Assembly (NCBI GenBank): GCA_030390025.1 | Contig: CM059438.1 | Location: 65,288,001 to 65,348,000 of the forward strand | DNA length: 60,000 nt | Direction of reading: 5' to 3' | Origin: Squalus acanthias | Lineage: Eukaryota | In this document: one piece after another, positions 10,462 through 21,922 of the stretch | Position numbering within the stretch: the first letter of the stretch is position 1 | Layout of the letters: the number at the start of each line of letters is the position of its first letter | Notes under the pieces: model-generated | The model's database searches: none | The model's input: only the letters and a program-made list of their open reading frames with translations | What the model was told of the DNA's origin: nothing | Translations under genes and position numbers: made by a program

Positions 10462-12201
10462 ACATAAGAACATAAGAACATAAGAAATAGGAGCAGGAGT
10501 AGGCCAATCGGCCCCTCGAGCCTGCTCCGCCATTCAATAAGATCATGGCTGATCTGATCCTAACCGCCAATCTACTATCTATCACAGAACCATCTCCTGC
10601 ATCTAACAGAATTGCACACACGAAATAGGAGCAGAATCAGGCTACACAGTCCCTGGGCCCGCTCCACTACCCACAGGGCCATGACCGATCCGAACCTAGA
10701 CTCATGTCCAAATTCCTGCCCGCTCCCCGTAACCCTTAATGCCCTTTACTTCTAGGAAACTGTCTATTTCTGTTTTAAATTTAATTAATGTTGTAGCTTC
10801 TACAGCTTTTTGTGGCAGCATATTCCATGGACCTACCACCCTCTGAGTGAAGTAGTTCCTCCTCATCTCAGTTTTGAAAGAGCAGCCCCTTATTCTAAGA
10901 CTATGTCCCCTAGTTCTCGTCTCACCCGTCATCGGGAACATCCTCCCCGCATCCACCCGATCCAACCCCTTCACAATCTTATATGTTTCAATAAGATCGC
11001 CTCTCATTCTTCTGAACTCCAATGAGTAGAGTCCCAATCTACCCAACCTCTCCTCATATGACCACCCCCTCATCCCCGGGATTAACCGAGTGAACCTTTT
11101 TTGCACTGCCTCGAGAGCAAGGATGTCTTTCCTTAAGTAAGGACACCAAAACTGTATGCAGTATTCCAGGTGCGGTCTCACCAATACCTTGTACAACTGA
11201 AGCAATACCTCCCTATTTTTATATTCTATCCCCCTAGCAATGAAAGCCAACATTCCATTTGCCTTCTTAATCACTTGCTGCACCTGCATACTAACCTTTT
11301 GAGTTTCGTGCACCAGGACCCCCAGATCCCTTTGCACTTCAGTACTCTCCAGTTTCTTGCCATTAAGATAATAAATTGCTCTAGGATTTTTCCTGCCAAA
11401 GTGCATCACCTCACACTTTCCACTGTTGTATTCCATCTGCCAAATCTCTGCCCACTTACTTAGCCTGTCTATGTCCCCTTGCAGGTTTTTTATGTCCTCC
11501 TCACTCACTACTTTCCCTCCCATCTTTGTATCATCTGCAAATTTTGATATGTTACACTTGGTCCCTTCCTCCAAATCGTTAATATAGATTGTGAAGAGTT
11601 GGGGACCCAGCACTGACCCCTGTGGAACACCACTAGTTACTGATTGCCAGTCTGAGAATGAACCATTTATCCCAACTCTTTGCTTTCTGTTAGATAGCCA
11701 ATCCTCTATCCATGCCAGAATATTACCCCCAATCCCGTGATTTTTTACCTTAAGCAATAATCTTTTGTGTGGCACCTTGTCAAATGCCTTTTGGAAGTCT
11801 AAATACACTACGTCCACTGGTTCCCCTTTATCCACTCTATATGTTACTTCCTCAAAGAACTCCAGCAAATTTGTCAAACATGACTTCCCCTTCGTAAAAC
11901 CATGCTGACTTTGTCCTATTAAATTATGATTATCCAAATGTCCTGTTACTGTTTCCTTAATAATGGACTCCAAAATTTTACCTACCACAGATGTTAGGCT
12001 AACCGGTCTATAGTTACCAGCCTTCTGTCTACTGCCCTTTTTAAATAAGGGTGTTACATTAGCAGTTTTCCAGTCTGCCGGGACCTTAGCGGAATCCAGG
12101 GAGTTTTGAAAAATTATTACCAATGCATCTACAATCCCTACCGCCACTTCCTTCAAGACTCTAGGATGTAAGCCATCAGGTCCAGGTGATTTATCCGCCT
12201 T
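10462..12201 (-). mobile_element. Young 5'-truncated CR1 LINE
   Basis: Uninterrupted RT ORF; (TTCTTATG)n tail at ~10462-10486. Confidence 0.97.
10702..12201 (-). CDS. CR1 ORF2 reverse-transcriptase and C-terminal region (5'-truncated, ~500 codons open)
   Basis: [50 protein letters not shown] motifs. Confidence 0.93.
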   Translation of the reverse strand, partial: KADKSPGPDGLHPRVLKEVAVGIVDALVIIFQNSLDSAKVPADWKTANVTPLFKKGSRQKAGNYRPVSLTSVVGKILESIIKETVTGHLDNHNLIGQSQHGFTKGKSCLTNLLEFFEEVTYRVDKGEPVDVVYLDFQKAFDKVPHKRLLLKVKNHGIGGNILAWIEDWLSNRKQRVGINGSFSDWQSVTSGVPQGSVLGPQLFTIYINDLEEGTKCNISKFADDTKMGGKVVSEEDIKNLQGDIDRLSKWAEIWQMEYNSGKCEVMHFGRKNPRAIYYLNGKKLESTEVQRDLGVLVHETQKVSMQVQQVIKKANGMLAFIARGIEYKNREVLLQLYKVLVRPHLEYCIQFWCPYLRKDILALEAVQKRFTRLIPGMRGWSYEERLGRLGLYSLEFRRMRGDLIETYKIVKGLDRVDAGRMFPMTGETRTRGHSLRIRGCSFKTEMRRNYFTQRVVGPWNMLPQKAVEATTLIKFKTEIDSFLEVKGIKGYGERAGIWT

Positions 12202-12420
12202 GCTCAATAGACCTGCAAAATGTGTTCCAAAACCTCAAAACACAAAGTTCTGGCATCTGAAAGTGAGCCATGTTACAGGTCTGCTTTTATGCTTCAGGGG
12301 CAGCTCTCAAGTATTCAGCTAGTTGCTGAACCTGGTACAATCAGCTGGCATGCTTGTCGCACGACGTGCAACACGCTGAAAATGTAGTAAAATGGGAACA
12401 GCCGCTTAAAATCGGATTAT

Positions 12421-12927
12421 AGAACATAGAACATAGAACATAGAACAGTACAGCACAGTACAGGCCCTTCGGCCCTCGATGTTGTGCCGAGCATTGTCCG
12501 AAACCAAGATCAAGCTATCCCACTCCCTATCATTCTGGTCTGCTCCATGTGCTTATCCAATAACCGCTTGAAAGTTCCTAAAGTGTCCGACTCCACTATC
12601 ACAGCAGGCAGTCCATTCCACACCCCAACCACTCTCTGGGTAAAGAATCTACCTCGGACATCCCTTCTATATCTCCCCCCATGCACCTTACAGTTATGCC
12701 CCCTTGTAACAGCTACATCCACCCGAGGAAATAGTCTCTGAACATCCACTCTATCTATCCCCCTCATCATCTTATAAACCTCTATTAACTCGCCTCTCAT
12801 CCTCCTCCGCTCGAAAGAGAAAAGCCCTAGCTCCCTCAATCTTTCCTCATAAGACCTCCCCCCCAAACCAGGTAGCATCCTGGTAAATCTCCTTTGCACT
12901 CTTTCCAATGCTTCCACGTCCTTCCTA
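12421..12927 (-). mobile_element. CR1 LINE 3' fragment, (TTCTATG)n tail subfamily
   Basis: RKDVEALERVQRRFTRMLPGL...FFTQRVVGVWNGLP; 7-bp tail repeat at 12421-12447. Confidence 0.95.
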
Positions 12928-12938
12928 TCTAGGCAGTT

Positions 12939-14650
12939 AACATAGAAACATAGAAACATAGAAGATAGGAGCAGGAGCAGGCCATTCGGCCCCTCGAGCC
13001 TGCTCTGCCATTCAATGGGATCATGGCTGATCATCCAAATTCAGTACTCTGTCCCTGCCTTCTCCCCATATCCCTTGATCCCTTTAGCCTTAAGAAATAT
13101 ATCTAAGTCCTTCTTGAATATATTTAATGAATTGGCCTCAACTGCCTTCTGTGGTAGAGAATTGTACAGGTTCACCACTCTCTGGGTGAAGAAATTCCTC
13201 CTCATTTCAGTCCTAAATGGCTTACCCCTTATCCTTAGACTGTGACCCCTGGTTCTGGACTCCCCCGCCATCGGGAACATCCTTCCTGCATCTAGTCTGT
13301 CTAGTCCTGTCAGAATTTTATAAGTTTCAATGAGATCCCCTCTCATTCTTCTAAACTCTAGCGAATATAAGCCTAATCGACCCAATCTCTCGTCATACGT
13401 CATTCCTGCCATCCCAGGTATCAGTCTGGTGAATCTTCGCTGCACTCCCTCCATGGCAAGAACATCCTTTCTCAGATAAGGCAACCAAAACTGCACACAA
13501 TACTCAAGGTGTGGTCTCATCAAGGCCCTGTACAACTGCAGCAAGACATCCTTGCTCCTGTACTCGAATCCTCTCGCTATGAAGGCCAACATACCATTTG
13601 CCTTCTTAACCGTCTGCTGCACCTGCATACTTACATTCAGCGACTGGTACACAAGGACACCCAGGTCTCGTTGCACTTCCCCTTTTCCCAATCTATTGCC
13701 GTTCAGATAATAATCTGTCTTCCTGTTTTTGCCACCAAAGTGGATAACCTCGCATTTACCCACATTATACTGCATCTGCCATGCATCTGCCCAATCACCC
13801 AACCTGTCCAAATCATACTGGAGTTTCTCTGCATCCTCCTTACAGCACACACGCCCACCTCAGCTTTGTGTCGTCTGCAAACTTGGAGATATTACATCTA
13901 GTTCCCTCATCTAGATCATTAATATATATTGTGAATAGCTGGGGTCCTCGCACCAATCCCTGCGGTACCCCACTAGTCACTGCCTGCCACTCGGAAAAAG
14001 ACTTGTTTATTCCAACTCTTTGCTTCCTGTCTGCCAACCAGTTCTCTATCCAAGTCAGTACCTTACCCCAAATCCCATGTGCTTTAACTTTGCACGCCAA
14101 TCTCTTATGCGGGACCTTATCAAAAGCCTTCTGAAAGTCCAAATACACCACATCCACTGGTTCTCCCTTATCTATTCTACCAGTTACATCCTCAAAAAAT
14201 TCCAGTAGATTAGTCAAGCATGATTTACCTTTTGTAAATCCATGTTGACTTTGCCCGATCCTGTCACTGTTTTCCAAGTGCTCAGCTATTACATCTTTTA
14301 TAATGGACTCTAGCATTTTCCCCACTACCGATGTCAGGCTTACCGGTCTATAATTCCCCATTTTCTCTCTACCACCTTTTTTAAATAGTGGGGTTACATT
14401 AGCTACCCTCCAATCCATGGGAACTGTTCCAGAGTCCATAGAAATTTGGAAGATGACCAGCAATACATCTACTATTTCTAGGGCCACTTCCTTAAGTACC
14501 CTAGGTTGTAGATTATCAGGCCCTGGGGATTTATCGGCCTTCAATCCCGTCAATTTCCCTAACACCATTTCCCTACAAATACTGATTTCATTCAATTCCC
14601 CCCTCTCATTAGACCCTATGTTCCCCGACATCTCTGGGAGGTTATTTGTG
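12939..14650 (-). mobile_element. 5'-truncated CR1 LINE (ORF2 RT, one frameshift near 13850)
   Basis: ORFs 13840-14631 and 13041-13850 carry the RT motifs including FADD; (TTTCTATG)n tail; same subfamily as 34828-36428. Confidence 0.96.
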
Positions 14651-16024
14651 TTCTGCCTTGTAAGCTGTTAACTGCCTTAAGTGGCTCTCCTGCCGCTTGG
14701 TGTCGGGTCTGATCGGAACTCGCAGACCCGACACTTTGCAAAGTTGCGTGGAAGCGGGATGGCGGCGGGTTCGCAATCCACCGTCAATCATTTGGATTTT
14801 AACTCTGGACCCGTCTCCAAACCCGCCCTCTGAGCATCTGCAAAATCGTGGCCTTGGTATCCAGTATATATTTTAGAAATCTCTGGACACCTGACTCAGA
14901 AATAAGATTGTCCCATCTCTATACTTAGACAGGTAGCAAATTGGTTGTTTCAGGAAAATAGACAACTCAGAATTTCTGCAAGGCGGTAGAAACGCCCTGT
15001 TAAAAATACCTCCAAATATTAAAAAACACATGAATGACATGAGCCACAGAGCACAATTACAATAAACTTAATTGAAAGATCGCCTGAATGATCTGTACTG
15101 AGCTCTTTTTTTTCAATTCTTCAAGGTCAGTGTAATTTATAAAACAATAAAGGGAAATTATTCACCCATTGCCTCTCTGGCATCGCCAGGTCGGCCATTT
15201 TGAAATCAGGATTCCTGCTAGCTGAGCAGCCACATCATTCTTTTGGTTTGGCACTGCAGTGACTTAAAAAAAAATGGAAAGCATTCTATAGTGTCTTTAA
15301 TAGTTGAGTTTACTACTCGAAAGCATTCCAGTGATTCTTTCTTTCAGTAAACAGGGCTCAATCGCACATTGACTCTTATAACCAGAGCTGCTGAATTACA
15401 AGGATTGAATAAATCACACATCACTTTGATTACTTGGGATTCTGCAAGTTTTACTGCTGTTCTGGGGATTGCAGTCTGCCATTTCACTCACTTCTCTGTG
15501 ACAGTCACAAACCCAGTAGTTTTGCTTATAGCATCTTTAAATGTACTACCATCTTGTACGTATCACACCTATTTATCTTTCAACATATTTTCATAACCAA
15601 AAGAGAAATGCTGGGAGCTATGGAAAGATAGATAAAGTGAGGAAAGATAAAGCGAGTATAATGCCCATGGGTAGTAGTAGCTGAAAACCACGCATTTTTG
15701 TGTTAATTTATCTTTCAAAGTGGGCCCGTGGCAAATAAAATGGGAACAAAAAATTGACGCCTGATTATGGAAGGTGGGACCATGCATAGCTTGAGGGGGA
15801 GCAGCCAATGTGGTTTTAATTTTGGGGCATTGTAGGTGGAAGAAGTTCACAGTAAATTGGGACTGGCTTCAAGATTAGTTGCTATTTTTTCAGTCTCAGT
15901 CCTACATAAACAGCTCGAGATTGGGCGGGGCGGAGGGGGGGTATTAAAATTCGACTTGCCGGGGACGCAAAGCGGGTGGTCTTGCATCTGCCGCCCATTA
16001 TACGCCTAGCCTGATATTTAGTTC

Positions 16025-16677
16025 ATGATAGATTGGGTGACCGCTTTGCGGAACACCTCCGTTCAGTCCGTAAGGGTGACCACGAGCTTCCGGTCGCTTG
16101 TCATTTTAATTCACCGCTCCACGCCCACTCAGACCTCACCGTCCTCGGCCTCGTGCATTGTTCCATGGAAGCTCAGCGTAAGCTCGAGGAACAGCACCTC
16201 ATCTTCCGATTCGGCACTTTACAGCCTTCCGGACTCAATATCGAGTTCAACAATTTCAGATCATAACCTCGGCCCCTACCATATATATTTTTTTTTTCCC
16301 ACACTTTTGGTTTGTGCCTTTTCCCTTTTTTTTCTCTCTCCCCCACAGCAGCTGTCTTTCATTCTGCCAGCGCATTTCACACTTCGGAGCCATCTTTTGT
16401 TTCTTAAACTGTCCTATTACCATCTCGTCTCGCCTTGAGTATCTCTTAATGTCTCTAATCCTTACAGACCTCCCCTTTTGTTCTTTTATTCCTTCCCCCA
16501 GCCTCCAACTTCATCTGTTTAATTTCCTGCTTTTTTCTCAGTTCTGACGAAGGGTCTTCGACCTGAAAAGTTAACTCTGTTTCTCTCTCCACAGATGTTG
16601 CCTGGCCTGCTGAGTTTTTCCAGCGCTTTCTGTTGTTATTTCAGTTTTCCAGCATCTGCAGTATTTTGCTATTGTAA
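16025..16677 (+). mobile_element. Penelope-like element 3' fragment (GIY-YIG endonuclease C-terminus plus UTR)
   Basis: RLGDRFAEHLRSV...PVACHFNS...EQHLIFRFGTLQPSGLN; 14-bp TSD CTGATATTTAGTTC (16011-16024 / 16678-16691). Confidence 0.93.
16540..16576 (+). ncRNA. Minimal type I hammerhead ribozyme motif (probably mutated)
   Basis: AGTT-CTGACGA-AG-GGTC-TTC-GACC-T-GAAA-AGTT-AACT; core CUGANGA and GAAA, stem II and stem I present. Confidence 0.7.
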
Positions 16678-16921
16678 CTGATATTTAGTTCCATTGACTT
16701 CATTGAATATTGAGCGCAGCGTATTCCAGGTGGCCAATACAATACCGCCCGTCATGCGTTCCTGTCACAAGTCAAATTCCACCGCCCCCACTTCACCGAG
16801 TGGAATATGGAGGCCAGTTCTCTGATGGCTCAGTGGGTAAAAGCATCTCGTGTTCCCCCTCCCCTCTGGAACTGCAGGGAGCGAGGAGTGCAATTTCTCC
16901 CATTGCACCTTCAGGGGAAAA

Positions 16922-17065
16922 AGAAACATAGAAACATAGAAAAATAGGAGCAGGAGTAGGCCATTCAGCCCTTCGAGCCTGCTCCGCCATTCAGTATGAT
17001 CATGGCTGATCCTCTATCTCAATACCATATTCCCGCTCTCTCCCCATACCCCTTGATGCCTTTTG
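16922..17065 (-). mobile_element. CR1 3' UTR fragment
   Basis: Matches CR1 3' UTR with TTTCTATG tail repeats. Confidence 0.9.
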
Positions 17066-17944
17066 TATAAAAAAGAGAGCATTTTTTTAATATATAAAGT
17101 TAATAATGTAGTCATCTGAGTTTGGGAAATTATTGCTGCAGTTGTAATTAGCTGTACTTACGATTTTAAAATCCTCTTAAAGGCACAGGTGCTGCCTATA
17201 CAATGGCAATATCGTTTTTAACAAGAAAGCATGCCTGGGGTGTGACCTGTTCCTATTCACCACTACAAAACCAATGTAGAACAAAATCAGTGTCTGAGCT
17301 AATGTTCCCGAAAAAATGAGCTGTGGCGATAAGTGCCATTTCGAATCATAGGAATTGAATATAAATAGCCGTTTGTACTCGTGTAAGCTTTCCTTTTAAT
17401 AAAAATACATTGGAATCATTATTCTTTATTGTCCTGATCGAAGAAAAGCAATGGAGACACCAACAATCAGCCAGCTACCGGCCACAAGAATTTTTCAAAA
17501 TGCTAATTTTCCTTGCCTGCCTTACTTGATGTCCACATGCTTAAAACATCGAGAAGGATACCATTAGAGAGCTTAAACAGTGCGGCATAATGTTTTCCTA
17601 ACCATTTTTCACTGCCTTTTTATATCGTCAGAGATTTGTGCACTGATCCAAATATTTGCTTTGATGGTTATAAACAGCCTTTGTCAATGGGATGCACAGT
17701 CTTTGTTCTGTTGAAAAATTGACAACTACTTCAGAGTAAATATGATTCATGTTTGATGACTTTATAAAAAGCTAGTTCTATGTGATTATCAGTTGGATTT
17801 TCTGCCGCATTGAAGTGGAAAGAAAATTTGAAAGAAATTTGTTCCAAGCAATGAGATAGTAAACTCACTTTATAAACGGGTATTGGTTTTGTGAATTTGC
17901 AACTCCATTACACCTGTCGCTGTTTTGGTATCCCTGTTTTTGAT

Positions 17945-18195
17945 TTGATCTCAGGATGCAGATGACACGAGCAAAGCCACATTTATTACCCATCCCTAGT
18001 TGCCCTGAGAAGATGGTGGTGGGGCTTCTCCTTGAACCGTTGCAGTCCGTGTGGTGGTGATGCTTCCACAATGGTGTTACATCAGAAAATCTAAGATTTT
18101 GACCCAGAGAAGATGAAGGAGTGGCGATATATGTCCAAATCAGGATAGAGCGTGAGTTGGAGGGGAAATTGGTGGTGATTATGTTCCTAGGATGG
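17945..18195. mobile_element. Degenerate dispersed repeat including a LINE-like 3' end on the minus strand (family not assigned)
   Basis: ATTTATT.CCCATCCC.AGTTGCCCT.GAGAAG.TGGTGG core shared with 19250-19680 and 47460-47760. Confidence 0.7.
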
Positions 18196-19249
18196 TGCTA
18201 CTTTTCTCTTTCTTTGTTGTTGTGCTCAGTGTACTTCAGTCAGCTGAAGTGAAGTTATCTTTTCTGCATAGCCTGACGGCAAGGCATCCACATCTCATCT
18301 CACATGGGTTAGCACTCGGAACATGGCACACGTACCAAGTCGTTTATGTAGCTTTTCCGGGTCTTCCAGTTGATCTACAAGCACCACGTTCATTAAAATG
18401 CTTATCCCTTACTGAGGGCAAACTGTGCATTAATGTTTCCACTAAAACACGCATGGCACTCTCCCATAGAGTTCTGTTTTAATAAAATCTGTGGAATGTA
18501 CCAATGATGATAATAGCTGCCTTGAAATTCCCTCTATATATAATTTTTTTTGGAAGGGGATACATTTTTCCTCTGCTTAGTCCCTGGGGTTATGACTGTG
18601 TCTCGGATACTGCGTTTTGTTTCATGACAACATCCTTTTAATGACTGACTATGACAACAAATTTATGGAGGGATAATCTATGGTTCATTACTATACTCCC
18701 CAAACTTGTTAAAATTAGTCGCCAAAGATTTTAAAGCAGCTGCAGTCAAGTTCAATGGGATAAGATCAGAATTTAAGTTTTCCTTAAAAAGGCAGATCGA
18801 GGTCAGGCTGGATCTCAGAGTTCACATTTGTTCAAGCCACTGCTCACATTGTTCCATGAGTCATGGGATTATGACTGATTTAATTCTAACCAACAATTAA
18901 CCGATCTAATTTCCTTTGTATGCAGAAATCCACATTTACTGTGTATTCATACCCATCGTCAAGTTTTCCACGCATGGTGAGCTATACTTTCCACCCAGTT
19001 TGACAACTAAAACAATTTATGCATCAGTTCCTGTGGTTGCAGCAGCTTCAAGCGCACAGGAGTGGAGCGGAAGCTGCTGCTGGAGTTTACTGCTAAAGGC
19101 AAACGGGTCATGCTCATCACGGCAGCAGCCCACTCCTTGTTGGTGTTGTGTTAAGGTGAGCAAAACCGGAAATAAATGGCATTAAAAAATGCCAAATTAG
19201 TTCAGTCAAAAAGAACTTCAGCAAGACAATGCTTACATTACTTTATTTT

Positions 19250-19680
19250 TATGATGTGGGTGTGTCCCTGGCTGGGCCAGCATTTATTGCCCATCCCCAG
19301 TTGCCCTTGAGAAGGTGGTGGTGGGCTGCCTTCTTGAACTGCAGCAATTATTCTTTGTAGTGATTCAGCTGAGTATTTTGCTAGGCCACTTCAGAGGGTA
19401 GTTAAGAGCCAACCATGTTTGGTGTGGGACTGGAGTCACATATAGGCCAGTAGGTTCTTCCCTAAAGAACATTGGTGAACCAGTTGGGTTTTTACAGCAA
19501 TCCAACAGCTTCATGGTCATTTTTATTTGTATCATCTTTTTATTTCCAGGTTTCCTAAACTGAATTTAAATTCTTAAACTGTGTGGGATGGTGGGATTTG
19601 AACTCACCTTCTCTGGATTATAAAATTAAGCCTCTTGACTGCTTAGTATAGTGACATTACCACCATGCTACCATAGCCTC
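19250..19680. mobile_element. Degenerate dispersed repeat, same family as 17945-18195, with a tRNA-like B-box on the minus strand at its right end
   Basis: Shared core; GGATTTGAACTC near 19595-19606. Confidence 0.65.
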
Positions 19681-19689
19681 TTTGATTAA

Positions 19690-20510
19690 GTAAGAATAAG
19701 AACATAAGAAATAGGAGCAGGAGTAGGCCATTCGGCCTTTTGAGCCTGCTCCGCCACTCAATAAGATCATGGCTGATCTTCTACCACAACTCCACTTTCC
19801 TGCACTATCTCCATATCACTTGATCCCGTTAGTATACAAAAATCTATTGATCACTGTCTTGAATATACTCAATGACTGAGCATCCACATCCCTCTGGGGT
19901 AGAGAATTCCAAATATTTACAACCCTCTGAGTGAAGAAATTCTTCCTCATCTCAGTCCTAAATGACCAACCCCTTATTCTGAGACTGTGACCCCTGGTTC
20001 TAGACTCCACAGCCAGGGGAAACATCCTCCCAGCATCTACCCTGTCAAGCCCCTGAAGAATTTTATATATTTCAATGAGATCACCTCTCAATCTTCGAAA
20101 CTATAGGGAATATAAGCCTAGTCTACTTAATCTCTCCTCATCGGACAATCCCCTTGACATGAATCTGTCATTCATGATTTATGAAATAATACTGAGTGGC
20201 CTGCGGGTGGCGCTGTTCAGGGAGAGTATAAATACTCAGGCACGGGCCCAGCTTGCGCAGGACATTCTTAACAGGAACTAGTGAAGGACACAACTAGACC
20301 TCCATGTTGTAAAACAGTTGATTAAAGCTTTGTTTAACGCTTAGACCAAGTGCCTAGTAGTTTTCTTACATCACCCCTCATCCCAGGAATCAGTCTAATG
20401 AACCTTTGTTGCACTCTCTCTAAGGCAAGTATATCCTTCTTTAGGCAAGGAGACCAAAACTGTACACAGTACTCCAGGTGTGGTCTCACCAAGGCCCTAT
20501 ATAATTGCAA
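19690..20510 (-). mobile_element. CR1 LINE 3' fragment, interrupted at ~20156-20371 by unrelated sequence
   Basis: ORFs 19816-20091 and 20334-20552 ([35 protein letters not shown]); 3' tail. Confidence 0.92.
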
Positions 20511-21192
20511 TATAGTATAAAGAATCTTCACAAAACATTGGTGATAAATCAAATGTATGTTTAGGTCTGTGAAGATGCCTGTATATTGTTACTCTGCACC
20601 ACCACCTTCACTGTGAAGTACAGCAGCAAGTTATTTCTGATGGTCTTTGAATGTAAGCCATCAATCTTTAGCCGGAAGCAAACGCAAGATGCCCATCACA
20701 GCTGCGCAAGGCTGTTCAAAAGGCGGGCATGGGTAAAAGACCCTGACAGCTAAGCAAGATCACACTAGAGGTGGCATGGTGGCAGCCTTGCTGCTGATTG
20801 GCACCAACAGCCGCGTGTAATAGCAGACTGTGGGCGTGCACTTTGGAGTTTTAGCTGAAAGGCTCCATACCAAAATATGGGCAAAGAGGAGACAGGAGCG
20901 GTCCGATGCAGAAAAGTAACAAGCGAAGGGCATCCTTGTGAGTTGCCATTTTGTACATTTTTCTGATCCATTAGGCTCCAGTTTTTGCATACTCGATGGC
21001 TCATTCACCAAATGGAATAATATTTATAAAATTGGGTGCAGCCGCCAGTCAATTGGCAGCTGTTAAATTTGGCAAAATTGGGGCATTTCACCTTTTTGTA
21101 AAAAAAAAGGAACATACAGACCTTAATTTTTGAAGTCGTCAATGTAGGGGTTTTATGTTTTGTACTGATTGGCATAATTGGTGTAAATGTCA

Positions 21193-21922
21193 GTGCTTGG
21201 AGTTTCCGCTCCGTTGCGCTGGTTTTTTCAGCGCAATCTGCCTGAAATCGGCCAAAACCAGCGCTAAAGATTGCGGAATTTCAAGCGCAAATTACGTTCA
21301 GCGCACATAGAGTTTCCGGGATCTTTTGCACTAGTTTAAAAAGCATCGCGCTTGAAGTCGGCCCGACCCACAAAACTGGCCACGCCTCAGATTGAATTAT
21401 TCGCCATTGGGAGTTTTCACTAATTGCGCCTGTTTGTGGGCCTTTGAGGAAGCTCTTAAAATTAAGCTTGATTTTGTTTTAGGAGCAAGGACACTAATAG
21501 GTTTGTTTTAAAAGCTTTTAAAAACTGACGAGTGTACACCATTGTAACTAGTGAATGGTTCTGTGTAGTTTTTTGAAGTCATTTTTAGTTATTTAAAATC
21601 GGGTTACTCGCAGGTGGTGGACCAGACACACTGATTAAAACGCTTATTTTTTTGTGATAAACCCATTTTCAGCTCTATTAATAAAACTGCACCATGTTAC
21701 CACTCTTAAATATTTCAAGGAATATCTTCTAATGCCAAAAATATATATATATTAAATTACGTTCTCAAACGCTGCCCGATCGCACTGGTGCAGGGCAGAT
21801 TTTACATTTGCCGATTTGCAAATGAGTTTGAGCAGAAACTTGAGGAAAAAAAAACACTTCTCAAAACTAGCGCAATTTGCCCCCGGATCGCCGATTGCGC
21901 CCAAAGCGGAAACTCTTGGCCC
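21193..21922. mobile_element. Non-autonomous DNA transposon (Harbinger-like MITE)
   Basis: Inverted ends GAGTTTCCGC / GCGGAAACTC..GGCCC, subterminal GAGTTT(C/T)C repeats, CpG-rich ends with AT-rich core; TSD not preserved. Confidence 0.6.

Larger units (their letters stand above)
4840..14853. mobile_element. PIF/Harbinger transposon copy 2, expanded by a nested SINE tail, a solo LTR and three CR1s
   Basis: Myb gene (+) and transposase (-) convergent; right end CAAAATCGTGGCCT aligns with the copy-3 end TAAAATCGCGGCCC; left TIR not clearly preserved. Confidence 0.85.
15913..16790. mobile_element. Degenerate non-autonomous DNA element (Harbinger-like), interrupted by Penelope
   Basis: GCCGCCCATTATAC motif shared with 52483-53090; halves rejoin across the Penelope TSD. 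Confidence 0.45.

Noticed and set aside
10702..12207. Retron, group II intron or other novel RT system
   Set aside because: Motifs, 5' truncation and microsatellite tail are those of ordinary CR1 LINE ORF2
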